Assembly: GCA_034521595.1 (NCBI GenBank)
Contig: JAXHMG010000003.1
Span: 1,344,001 to 1,408,000 of the forward strand
Length of the DNA: 64,000 bases
Direction of reading: 5' to 3'
Origin: Gemmatimonadota bacterium
GTDB lineage: Bacteria > Gemmatimonadota > Gemmatimonadetes > Longimicrobiales > Gaopeijiaceae
Shown here: positions 35,428-44,479 of the stretch, one piece after another
Layout of the letters: the number at the start of each line of letters is the position of its first letter
Position numbering within the stretch: the first letter of the stretch is position 1
Made by a program: the position numbers and the translations under genes
Notes under the pieces: model-generated
What the model saw: only the letters and a program-made list of their open reading frames with translations
The model's database searches: none
What the model was told of the DNA's origin: nothing

Positions 35428-36515
35428 GGCCCCCGCCCCCTTGCCTCCAGGGAAACCCAACGGTGCCGTCCTTCCTCTGTTCCCAACAGCCGGTCCTGGA
35501 GATTGACCGAGACGCACACGTGGTTCGGCACGATTCGGATCCGCTCTCCGACTTCCGGCGTCCACGTGGATTCCGCCACGCCCAGGATGCCGTGCTCTTC
35601 GGACAGGCCCCGCACGGAGACCTCGGGGTGCTCGAGCACGATGCCGTACCCTTCGTCGCCACCCCGTTCTTCCTTGGCGAGCGCCTTCGAGCCCGCGTCC
35701 ACGATCGCCCGGCCCGGGACCGAGGTGCTCACGACCGTCGTCAACACGGTATAGGCCAGGTCATCGGCCGAAGCGACTCCGACCGCGAGGCCTTCGCGGT
35801 CGAAAAAGATGCACGAGCCGGAGCGGATCTCCGTGAGCCCCGCGATCTCGTGGCTGCGCCACAGCGTCGGGGTGGAGCCCCCGCTCACGATCTCCGGGGC
35901 CAGATCGGCTTCGCGCAACGTCTCCACGATCTGCGTCACCAGGGCCGAGACGCGTGCGAGCGCCTCACCCTGATCGGCGCGCGGGCCTCGAATGTGCCCC
36001 GGATAGAACGCGACACCGCGGAACGCCACTCCCGGAAGAGTCGCCGCTCGCCGCGCCAACGCCAGCACCTCCGCGGCGGTCCCGACCCCCACCCGACCCA
36101 GGCCCACGTCCACCTCGACGAGCACGCCGACCCGCGCTCCGGCGGCCGCGGCCGCGGCCGACAGGGGACGGAGCACCGCCTCGGAATCGAGCACGACCTT
36201 CAAGTCCGCTCGCAGGGCGAGGCGCACGACCCGCTCGAGCTTTTCCTCTCCGACCGGAGGGTAAGCCAAGAGCAAGTCGTCGGTGAGGCTCGCCATCACC
36301 TCCGCTTCGCGCGGCGTCGCAACGGTAAGACCGTGCGCTCCGGCGTCGAGCTCCAGGCGCGCGAGCTCCAACGACTTGTGCGTCTTGATATGGGGCCGCC
36401 ATGCGAGCCCGTGCTCCGCACCGTAGTCGGCAACGGCCCGGGCATTGCTCCGGGCCCGAACCAGGTCGACGTATCCGACCGGCGTCTCGACGCGGTCGGG
36501 GTCAGGGACGGCCAC
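35415..36515 (-). CDS. Fold-type III PLP enzyme, D-serine dehydratase / D-threonine aldolase (DSD1) family
   Basis: ETP...VDL, RPHIKTHKS (PLP Lys), GGSTPT, EIRSG, DAGSK, LSEEHG and PNHVC (metal ligands). Start uncertain. Confidence 0.88.
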   Translation of the reverse strand: MAVPDPDRVETPVGYVDLVRARSNARAVADYGAEHGLAWRPHIKTHKSLELARLELDAGAHGLTVATPREAEVMASLTDDLLLAYPPVGEEKLERVVRLALRADLKVVLDSEAVLRPLSAAAAAAGARVGVLVEVDVGLGRVGVGTAAEVLALARRAATLPGVAFRGVAFYPGHIRGPRADQGEALARVSALVTQIVETLREADLAPEIVSGGSTPTLWRSHEIAGLTEIRSGSCIFFDREGLAVGVASADDLAYTVLTTVVSTSVPGRAIVDAGSKALAKEERGGDEGYGIVLEHPEVSVRGLSEEHGILGVAESTWTPEVGERIRIVPNHVCVSVNLQDRLLGTEEGRHRWVSLEARGRGPWNG

Positions 36516-36573
36516 TACCCGGAAGCGCGGTGAACATGGCTCGAGACCGCGCGACGCCGGACGCCTCGACCGC

Positions 36574-37116
36574 TCACAGCACCGCGTCCAGGGCCGCGAG
36601 AAACTCGGGATCGCCCTCGGGGATCGGACCGAAGCGCAGCCAGCGCAGCGTCCCCTCCCGGTCGATGAGGAAAGTCGCCGGCAGCCCGAGCGCCTGGTAG
36701 ATGTCCATTGCGCGCATCGCGGGGTCGTGGAGGATCGTGTAGCCCACCTCGTACTCGTCCACGAACATCCGCACCGCATCGGTCTGGTTCCGCGTGTCCA
36801 TCGACACCCCGACGATCTCGAACCCCTCGTCGCGACGCTCCTCGTAGATCTCCTGCAGGTAAGGGGTCTCTTCGCGGCACGGCGTGCACCACGTGGCCCA
36901 TAGGTTGAGCAGGACCACGTCGCCGCGGAGTGACTCGAGCGACACCGTATCCCCGGCCAGGGTAGCAGCTTCGTATGGACGGGCGGGCTCCCCCACCCGC
37001 GGCGCGCCCCTTTCCCGTTCCTGGGACGCACAGCCTCCTGCCACCCCCAGGCACGCGGCCACCAGGACACCCCTTGCCCACTTTGCCGTTCGCCGTGTCG
37101 TCATCGGTGTGTTCAT
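36574..37116 (-). CDS. TlpA/ResA-family thiol-disulfide oxidoreductase lipoprotein
   Basis: LNLWATWCTPCREE and cis-Pro loop GLPATFLIDREG. Lipobox AGGC. Confidence 0.92.
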   Translation of the reverse strand: MNTPMTTRRTAKWARGVLVAACLGVAGGCASQERERGAPRVGEPARPYEAATLAGDTVSLESLRGDVVLLNLWATWCTPCREETPYLQEIYEERRDEGFEIVGVSMDTRNQTDAVRMFVDEYEVGYTILHDPAMRAMDIYQALGLPATFLIDREGTLRWLRFGPIPEGDPEFLAALDAVL

Positions 37117-38354
37117 CGTGGGGATTCCTCCAACTCGAGCTTGGACACGCGGACCTGTGAGCGCTCGCCCTGAACGTCGGTCCAGGTGACCAGCACCGCA
37201 CCGTCCGCCGCCCGGGCCATGCGTGGAAAGCCGCTCGCCCGCGCGACCGACGACTCCGTGACGGTCTCGCTCGGTCCCGCGGTTCCGTCCGCACGCACCT
37301 CGCGGAGACGCAGGGCCCCGGCCTCTTCACCCGTCTGTTCGAGCCAGCTCACCAACGCCCGGTCCTCGTCCAGGAGGAGAACATCCACCCGGCCCACGGG
37401 GTTCCCGTCGTCCACGACCACCGGCGCGTCGAAATCGGCCCCCGAGCTCGACGAGAACGCCACCTTGACGCGAGGGATGTCGTCGGGCGCGGTGAACCAA
37501 GCCACCGCGACACGGCTGCTCCGCGCCGCCACCGCCGGACCGTTCACCGGGCAACCACCGATCTTCCATCCGTCGTCATGCACGGCGACGCCCGTCGACC
37601 AACCGTCGTCGAGGCGTCGCGTGACGTAGATGTCACGAATCTCGGCGTCGGTCCGGTCCCTATATACGATCACCGGGCCGTCGTCGGTCATGGCGGCATC
37701 GGTCTGGCAACAGTCACAGACCCGGGGATCGACGAGCGTCTCGGGACCCGCTTCGCCGTCCGTGCCCATCGTGCGGTAACGAAGGGTCATCTCCTGCGTC
37801 GCCGGAGCGCCGTCCGGGCCTTCGACGTACTTACGACCGTCGAGCCATGCCAACCCGACCCGGTCCTCGAGCGACAAGACCGACACGAACCCGTGCTCCG
37901 TCGGCGTTCCGTCCTCGTGAGGAGTCCACGCATCGGACCACGTGCCGCCGTCGTCGTCCGAATGCACGACGCGGACGGAATAATCGTACCCGCCGGTCTC
38001 ACCCCGCTCGAGCCAGTGCGCCCAGAGGGTCCCGTCCCGAGTTGGAGTGATCGACGGGAAGTCGGCCCAGTTCACGAAGAAGCGGTCGCTGCGCTGTACC
38101 GTTCGGACTTCGCCCCAACCGTCGCCCGTGAACGCCGCGAAGCGGAGCTCGTGCGCACCGTCCGCCACTTCTTCGAGCCAGCTCAAGAAGACCCGGTCGT
38201 CACCGGACGCCAGGAACGGCTCCCCGCTCCCCACACCCGCTGGAGTGTCCAGGACCTCGGTAGACACAAATGGCGAGTCCGGGGTATCAGGGGCACAGGC
38301 GACCGCGATGAGTGCCGCCAACGTCAGGGAAATCCGAACGGAAGCTGTGTTCAT
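37113..38354 (-). CDS. BNR/Asp-box (sialidase-like) beta-propeller lipoprotein with a CDCC motif
   Basis: Lipobox AVAC, FFVNWADFP, Asp box SDDDGGTW, TEHGFVS, VCDCCQT and GCPVNGP. Confidence 0.85.
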   Translation of the reverse strand: MNTASVRISLTLAALIAVACAPDTPDSPFVSTEVLDTPAGVGSGEPFLASGDDRVFLSWLEEVADGAHELRFAAFTGDGWGEVRTVQRSDRFFVNWADFPSITPTRDGTLWAHWLERGETGGYDYSVRVVHSDDDGGTWSDAWTPHEDGTPTEHGFVSVLSLEDRVGLAWLDGRKYVEGPDGAPATQEMTLRYRTMGTDGEAGPETLVDPRVCDCCQTDAAMTDDGPVIVYRDRTDAEIRDIYVTRRLDDGWSTGVAVHDDGWKIGGCPVNGPAVAARSSRVAVAWFTAPDDIPRVKVAFSSSSGADFDAPVVVDDGNPVGRVDVLLLDEDRALVSWLEQTGEEAGALRLREVRADGTAGPSETVTESSVARASGFPRMARAADGAVLVTWTDVQGERSQVRVSKLELEESPR

Positions 38355-38618
38355 GGGCCGATCCACCGAGGGTCCGAGGAAGCCCGATCGCCGGCGACGG
38401 GCTTCCGGCTTGCGCCGAGACGCGCAGGCCCGGAGAATCTCGGTACAGGTCCCCACCCCGGTCAAACGGGACGGCGGTCGGGACGCGACGCCGACGGGAA
38501 CCGCTGAGCGCGCTGAACGGCTTCGTGAATGTGCAAGTCTTTCTCGCTCACTCGTCCTACGTTCGTGTAGTGAGCATGCCGGTCGACCGGAACTCAACGA
38601 GAACATCAGGTGGTGACC

Positions 38619-41600
38619 ATGCGTTTCACCAGCAGCGGCACGACGCGACTTCTGGCGGCATTCATTCTGGCGTCGAGCGTGACGGTGGCGCTCCCCGGGG
38701 AAGCCTCCGGACAGTATTTCGGGCGGAACAAGGTCCAGTTCGAGGATTTCGATTTCCGAACCCTCGAACTCGATCACTTCGACCTCTATTTCTACGGCGA
38801 CGACCCCGAGCCCATCGAGGACGCGGCCCGCATGGCCGAGCGCTGGTACGAGCGGTACGCCCGGACGTTCCAGCACGAGTTCGAGAAATCCAAGCCGCTG
38901 ATCCTCTACCGGAATCATCCCGACTTCCAGCAGACGAACACGCTCCGCGGGAACATAGGCGGGGGAACCGGAGGCGTCACGGAATCCCTGAAGAACCGGG
39001 TGATCATGCCACTCACCGGTTCCTACTGGGACACGGACCACGTGCTGGGCCACGAGCTCGTCCACGCCTTCCAGTACAACATCGCACAGTCTCGCAGGGG
39101 CGGCGGCCTCCAGAGCCTCAGCGGCCTTCCCCTTTGGCTCGTGGAAGGCATGGCCGAGTACCTGTCGGTAGGCCGGACGGATCCCCTCACGGCGATGTGG
39201 ATGCGGGACGCGATCCGTCGTGACGAGTTCCCGACCATTCAGCAGATGACGAACGACTCGCGCTTCTTCCCGTACCGCTTCGGCCAGGCGCTGTGGGCGT
39301 ACATCGGCGGGACCTACGGTGACGACGCCGTCATCCAGATCTACCGCCGCTCCCTCCGTGGCGGCTTCCAGAGCGCCGTCCGCCAGGTAATCGGCCAGAC
39401 CGCCGATACGCTGTCCGCACGGTGGAAGAAACAGGTCGAGGAGGACTACATGCCGGTGATCGAGGGCCGTGAGGCGCCCTCCGAGCAGGGTAATCTGATC
39501 CTGGCCCCGAGCACCGGATCCGGGAGTGTGAACATCTCGCCGTCGATCAGCCCGGACGGCCGGTTCGTCGCCTTCCTCTCGGAGAAGGATCTCTTCTCTG
39601 TCGATCTCTTCCTGGCGAACGCCGAGACCGGCGAGATCGTGCGCAAGCTGTCGAGCGCGAACTCCGACCCGCACATCGAAGCGCTCCGGTACATCGACTC
39701 GTCCGGGACTTGGTCGCCCGATTCACGGTTCTTCGCGTATTCCGTGACGGCCGGCGGGGACAACCGCATCGTGATCGTGGATGCCGAAAGCGGCTCCATC
39801 GAGCGGAGGATCGACCCGGGGATGAACATCGGTTCGCTCACCAATCCGTCTTGGTCCCCGGACGGCCGGTACATCGCCTTCTCGGGGATGGTGGACGGGA
39901 TCAGCGACCTCTTCGTCTTCGACCTGGAAACCGGCACGACCGAACGCCTCACTCAGGACAAGTACGCCGACCTCCAGCCGTCCTGGTCTCCGGACGGCCA
40001 GAATATCGTCTTCACCACCGACCGTGGCCCCGAGACCGATTTCGAAGAGCTCACCTACAGCGCGTTCCAACTCGCGACCATCGACGTGGGCACCCGTGAG
40101 GTCACGGCCATCCCGGTCTTCGGAAACGTCAAGCACATCAACCCGCAGTATTCGGCGGACGGCTCCGAGCTCTATTTCATCTCGGATCGGGACGGCGTGA
40201 GCGACATCTACGCGCTCGACCTGCAGAACGGCGACGTCAGAAGAATCACCAACCTCGCCACGGGCGTCAGCGGGCACACGTACGCCTCGCCCGCCATGTC
40301 GGTGGCGCGCTCGGGACTCGCGGCCTACACCGTATTCGACGAGATGGAGTTCCATGTCTACACCCGGTCGATGGACGAGGGGACCGTCGTCGCTTCGGTC
40401 GACGAAAACGTCGATTTCCCGGGCCGCCGCCTTCCGCCGGTGAATCCCGATCGGTTCAGCCGCATCGAGACCTACCTCGCGGACGCCGACACGGGCCTGT
40501 ACCCGTCCGGCACCTTCGACGCCTCCGAGGAAGCCGAAGACTACGACTCGAGTCTGTCGCTCGATTACGTGGGACAACCCTCGATCGGCGTGGGCACGGA
40601 CAACTTCGGAAACTACGCGAGCGGCGGAGCCTCGGCCTACTTCAGTGACATGCTCGGCAATCGGGTGCTCGGGGTCCAGATTCAGGCTCAGGGCACGTTC
40701 AAAGACATTGGGGGACAAGCCTTCTATACCGACCTCTCGGACCGCTGGAACTGGGGCGTGGGCGGCGGACGCATCCCCTACAGGCTGGGCTTCTACGAGT
40801 TCAACGAGGACGAGCTCGGTCCCTACATCGGCCAAACCCAGTTCCGGATCTTCAACACCTCGATCACGGGCCAGCTCTCCTATCCCTTCTCGTCGACCCG
40901 AAGGGTCGAATTCGGCCTCGGGGCGACCCGTTACAGCTACGATGTCCAGGTCGACAAATTCTATGTCGATCAGTTCAATCGGGTGATCCATTTCGAGCGT
41001 GAGGACCGTAACGATCAGGCGCCGGACCCGCTGAACATGGCCGAAGCGTCAGCAGCGCTCGTCGGGGACAACGCCTTCTTCGGGTTCGTATCGCCGGTGC
41101 GCGGAGGCCGTTACCGTCTCGAGGCACAGCAGACGCTGGGTGATGTCGACTTCACGACCTTGATCGCCGACTGGCGACGCTACTTCGCTCCGAATCGCAA
41201 CCTGACCATCGGTGTGCGGGGGATGCACTACGGACGGTACGGGCTCGAACCCGAAGGGCCATCCCAGGACGGATTCGGAATTCTGAACCCCCTCTTCCTC
41301 GGCCACGAGACACTCGTCCGGGGATACGCGTGGGAGAGCTTCCAAAGCTCCGAATGTGAAGCCAGCTCCACTGCGGAAAACACCTGCCCGACCCTGAACC
41401 GTCTCCGAGGCCAGCGCATCGGTGTCGCGAACCTCGAGCTCCGCGTCCCGTTCATAGGGGTCGAAGAGTACGGCATCATCAACTTCCCCTTCCTGCCGAC
41501 CGAGCTCGTGGCGTTCGCGGACGCGGGCCTGGCGTGGAACTCGAACGATGAGTTCAACCTCGAGTTCTCGCGCTCGTCGACGGATCGGATCCCGGTCATG

Positions 41601-41726
41601 TCCACCGGCGTCTCGGCCCGCAGCAACATTCTCGGCTTCCTGATTCTGGAAGCGTACTATGCGTACCCGTGGCAGCGCCCCGACAAGGGTTGGCACTGGG
41701 GCTTCCAGATCGCACCGGGCTGGTAG
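38619..41726 (+). CDS. Omp85-family outer-membrane protein with an N-terminal HEXXH metallopeptidase-like domain and a TolB/PD40 beta-propeller
   Basis: Signal peptide, QYFGRNKVQ, HELVH...WLVEGMAEY, repeated WSPDG, barrel motifs VRGY and N.ELR.P...F.DAG, C-terminal aromatic residue. Confidence 0.85.
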   Translation: MRFTSSGTTRLLAAFILASSVTVALPGEASGQYFGRNKVQFEDFDFRTLELDHFDLYFYGDDPEPIEDAARMAERWYERYARTFQHEFEKSKPLILYRNHPDFQQTNTLRGNIGGGTGGVTESLKNRVIMPLTGSYWDTDHVLGHELVHAFQYNIAQSRRGGGLQSLSGLPLWLVEGMAEYLSVGRTDPLTAMWMRDAIRRDEFPTIQQMTNDSRFFPYRFGQALWAYIGGTYGDDAVIQIYRRSLRGGFQSAVRQVIGQTADTLSARWKKQVEEDYMPVIEGREAPSEQGNLILAPSTGSGSVNISPSISPDGRFVAFLSEKDLFSVDLFLANAETGEIVRKLSSANSDPHIEALRYIDSSGTWSPDSRFFAYSVTAGGDNRIVIVDAESGSIERRIDPGMNIGSLTNPSWSPDGRYIAFSGMVDGISDLFVFDLETGTTERLTQDKYADLQPSWSPDGQNIVFTTDRGPETDFEELTYSAFQLATIDVGTREVTAIPVFGNVKHINPQYSADGSELYFISDRDGVSDIYALDLQNGDVRRITNLATGVSGHTYASPAMSVARSGLAAYTVFDEMEFHVYTRSMDEGTVVASVDENVDFPGRRLPPVNPDRFSRIETYLADADTGLYPSGTFDASEEAEDYDSSLSLDYVGQPSIGVGTDNFGNYASGGASAYFSDMLGNRVLGVQIQAQGTFKDIGGQAFYTDLSDRWNWGVGGGRIPYRLGFYEFNEDELGPYIGQTQFRIFNTSITGQLSYPFSSTRRVEFGLGATRYSYDVQVDKFYVDQFNRVIHFEREDRNDQAPDPLNMAEASAALVGDNAFFGFVSPVRGGRYRLEAQQTLGDVDFTTLIADWRRYFAPNRNLTIGVRGMHYGRYGLEPEGPSQDGFGILNPLFLGHETLVRGYAWESFQSSECEASSTAENTCPTLNRLRGQRIGVANLELRVPFIGVEEYGIINFPFLPTELVAFADAGLAWNSNDEFNLEFSRSSTDRIPVMSTGVSARSNILGFLILEAYYAYPWQRPDKGWHWGFQIAPGW

Positions 41727-41730
41727 GACA

Positions 41731-41751
41731 CGTCGAGCGAGACCCTCGACG
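41731..41751. terminator. Hairpin between convergent genes
   Basis: CGTCGAG-N7-CTCGACG fills most of the 27-bp gap. Confidence 0.45.
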
Positions 41752-41753
41752 GC

Positions 41754-42713
41754 TCAGAAGATCGACAGGCTGAAGTACTTGCGCGGGTTTTCCTGGAGTT
41801 CGGTGAGAAGCGCGTTGAGGTTCTCAGCAGCCGCGTTCATGTTCACGTAGAGCTCCTCGTCGGTCGAGAGCCGTCCGAGCGTTCCCTCGCCCCGCTCTAC
41901 ACGTCCGAGCATCTCCCTCAGAGATCCCGCGGCCTCGTCGAGCGTGCGGCTCGTCGATTCGAGCGCCGCCATGGCGGAATCGGCCCTCGCTATAGCCCGT
42001 GCCACCTCGGGTCCGGCGGCGGTCGCGTCCTCCAGCCCGGCCGCCGAACGCCTCAAGCTCTGCGTGAGCTCACGGAGTCCTCCACGCTGCTCGTCCGCGA
42101 TCGCGGAAAGCTCGGCGAGGAGCCCCTCGAGCTCTCGGGCGCTCCCCTGCACCGAGCCCACCGTCTCCTGATCCAGAAGGGTCATGATCCGGTCCATGAC
42201 CGTCCCGGCCTGACCGCTGAGGTCGTCCACGGAGCCCAGCAGACCCTCGCCGCTCGCCGACTCGCCGGGAATGGTGTCCCAGGGCTGGAGCATCTGCGAA
42301 GACTCACCGGGCTCGATAACGAGGGTGCGCCCCCCGAACACTCCGGATGCCCCGAAGCTGGTACGGGAATCGGCCGGGATCTCCCACCGGCCCTCGATCT
42401 CCATGGTGATATGCACGCGCCCCGGCTCGGTGAGCTCGAAGTCGTGCACCCGCCCCAGGTTGATGCCGTACATCTGGATGGGATCACCGGCCCGAACGCC
42501 CCCGGCGTTCTCCACGGTCGTGACGACCTTGTACCGACCGCGGAAGGTGGCCGGATCGGTCATCCAGAAGAGCACGATGACGAACGAGATGAGGCCGAGG
42601 AGGACGAACACGCCCACCCTGGCATTGCTCGCGCCGGACTCTCGGGGCACCGCCTCCCTCAGCTCCTCGTCGGTCACGCTCCGCCCGTTTTCTCTCTGTC
42701 GTCTCTCAGTCAT
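41754..42713 (-). CDS. mlaD: MCE-domain protein (MlaD)
   Basis: RVGVFV TM anchor, AGGVRAGDPI..GI..G.V, helical tail GEGTLGRL..D..LY and NPRKY. Confidence 0.9.
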   Translation of the reverse strand: MTERRQRENGRSVTDEELREAVPRESGASNARVGVFVLLGLISFVIVLFWMTDPATFRGRYKVVTTVENAGGVRAGDPIQMYGINLGRVHDFELTEPGRVHITMEIEGRWEIPADSRTSFGASGVFGGRTLVIEPGESSQMLQPWDTIPGESASGEGLLGSVDDLSGQAGTVMDRIMTLLDQETVGSVQGSARELEGLLAELSAIADEQRGGLRELTQSLRRSAAGLEDATAAGPEVARAIARADSAMAALESTSRTLDEAAGSLREMLGRVERGEGTLGRLSTDEELYVNMNAAAENLNALLTELQENPRKYFSLSIF

Positions 42714-43480
42714 ACGGCCTCGATTCCCTTGTCGAGCTCGGCATTCGCGGCGGCCCGATCCACGAAGGCCCGGACCCGTGAGTCCGGCGAGTTCCTGAAT
42801 TCCGTCGGCGTCCCGCAGAAGCGCAGGTGCCCGCCGTCCAACATGGCCACACGATCGCACATGAGAAGCCCTCCCTCCACGTCGTGGGTGACGAGGAGCG
42901 AGGTGACGTCGAGCTCGTTGGACAGCCTCGTGATGAGCCGCTCCACCGCGGCAGTGTTGACCGGGTCGAGACCGGTCGTGGGCTCGTCCCAGAGCAGCAC
43001 TTTCGGCCGGCCGACGATCGCCCGCGCGATCCCGACGCGCTTCTTCATTCCACCGGACAGCTCCATGGGGATCTTGGACAGGACCTGGGCGGGCTCGAGG
43101 TTGACCGTCTCGATCGCCTCCCAGACCCTGCGCGCGACCTCGAGCTGGGAAGCTTCGACGAGCTCCCTCTCGGGGATCCCCATCGCGACGTTCTCGTACA
43201 CGCTGAGCGAATCGAACAGCGCCGCGTATTGGAACACGTACCCGACCCGACGGCGCACCTTGCCGAGTGCTTCACGCCCCCCCTGATATACCGAGATCCC
43301 GTCGACCATCACGTCTCCCCGATCGGGCACGATGAGCGAGAGGGTCGTCTTGAGGAGCACGCTCTTCCCGGTCCCGCTCGGTCCGAACAACGCGAACATC
43401 TCCCCCGCATCGACCGTGAGGTCGATCCCCTCGAGCACGGGCTCATCGAAGGCCTTGTGAACGTTGATATAGCGGATCAC
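42710..43480 (-). CDS. mlaF: ABC ATPase (MlaF)
   Basis: GPSGTGKS, FQYAALFDSL, LSGGMKKRVGIARA and DEPTTGLDP. Confidence 0.93.
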   Translation of the reverse strand: MIRYINVHKAFDEPVLEGIDLTVDAGEMFALFGPSGTGKSVLLKTTLSLIVPDRGDVMVDGISVYQGGREALGKVRRRVGYVFQYAALFDSLSVYENVAMGIPERELVEASQLEVARRVWEAIETVNLEPAQVLSKIPMELSGGMKKRVGIARAIVGRPKVLLWDEPTTGLDPVNTAAVERLITRLSNELDVTSLLVTHDVEGGLLMCDRVAMLDGGHLRFCGTPTEFRNSPDSRVRAFVDRAAANAELDKGIEAV

Positions 43481-43489
43481 GGGGAGGGC

Positions 43490-44359
43490 CTACTGGAGGA
43501 GAAGCGGGGGGAACATGGCGTCGAGAATCAACAACGCCAGGATCATGAACATCACGGCCTGGGTCGTCGTGAGCCCGACTCCGGCGGCTCCTCCTTTGGT
43601 GCGCAAGCCCATGTGGACCGAGATCAAAGGGATGAGCAGACCGAACACGACGGCCTTGCAGAACCCGTAAAAGAGGTCCCAGGAGTGCCAGAAGAGCCGG
43701 GCCCCGTAGAGGAACGCCTCGGTGCCCAGCCCGGTGCTGAGGTTGGCGGCGACCATGCCCGCCCCAATGCCGATCACGTCGGCGAATCCCACCAAAAGCG
43801 GCATCGTGACGACCCCCGCGATGACCCTTGGAGCACCGAGGATCGCAACGGGGTCGCGCCCGAGCGCCTCGAGCGCCTCGATCTGCTCCGAGACGACCAT
43901 GGTCCCGAGCTCCGCGGTGATACGGGCACCGATCCGGCCGACGAGCACGATCGCCGTGAGCAGCGGACCGAGCTCCAGCACGACGCTCTGTACCACCAGC
44001 GTGCCCAAGAGGTACGCCGGCGATGTCGACGCGAGCTGATATCCGCCCTGCTGGCTCGTCACGATACCGGACAGCGCGGCCGTCACGAACACGATGGGAA
44101 GGCTCTGGATCCCCATGATGTACATGTGGCGGATCACGTCCTTCCACCGGACTTTGCCCCGGACGATGGCCGACATGACACCCCACGACAGCACCCCGAG
44201 CCCACCCGCATGGTCGAGTGTGACCCCGGAGGCACGGCCGAAGCCGCTGAGCCAACGGCGGATGAACGTCGGAACGGGAAGCGCGAACGATGAACGCTTC
44301 AAGGCAAGAGCGGCTCCAGGAAGGGTGTCCCCGCGAGTCGGGGGGTCCACGGCGTTCAA
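43490..44359 (-). CDS. mlaE: ABC permease (MlaE)
   Basis: G..SLPIV, ELGPLLTAIVLVGRIGARITAELGTMVVSEQIEAL and GGAAGVG..TT.AV. Start uncertain. Confidence 0.93.
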   Translation of the reverse strand: MNAVDPPTRGDTLPGAALALKRSSFALPVPTFIRRWLSGFGRASGVTLDHAGGLGVLSWGVMSAIVRGKVRWKDVIRHMYIMGIQSLPIVFVTAALSGIVTSQQGGYQLASTSPAYLLGTLVVQSVVLELGPLLTAIVLVGRIGARITAELGTMVVSEQIEALEALGRDPVAILGAPRVIAGVVTMPLLVGFADVIGIGAGMVAANLSTGLGTEAFLYGARLFWHSWDLFYGFCKAVVFGLLIPLISVHMGLRTKGGAAGVGLTTTQAVMFMILALLILDAMFPPLLLQ

Positions 44360-44479
44360 CCTTCGGGAAAAGCACGGGCAAAATCAACCGCCGGGTGGTG
44401 CCGCGAGCGGCCTCTCGCTACCGTGCTGATTCCGCCCCGAGCGGAGGAACCACCACGTGAGCGTATGGAGACGACAAAC

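Noticed and set aside
36502-36576. Possible Sec read-through of the TlpA TGA stop, given the nearby selC
   Set aside because: The active site is already CxxC, the stop is at the normal domain end, the extension has no redox motif, and no convincing SECIS was seen.
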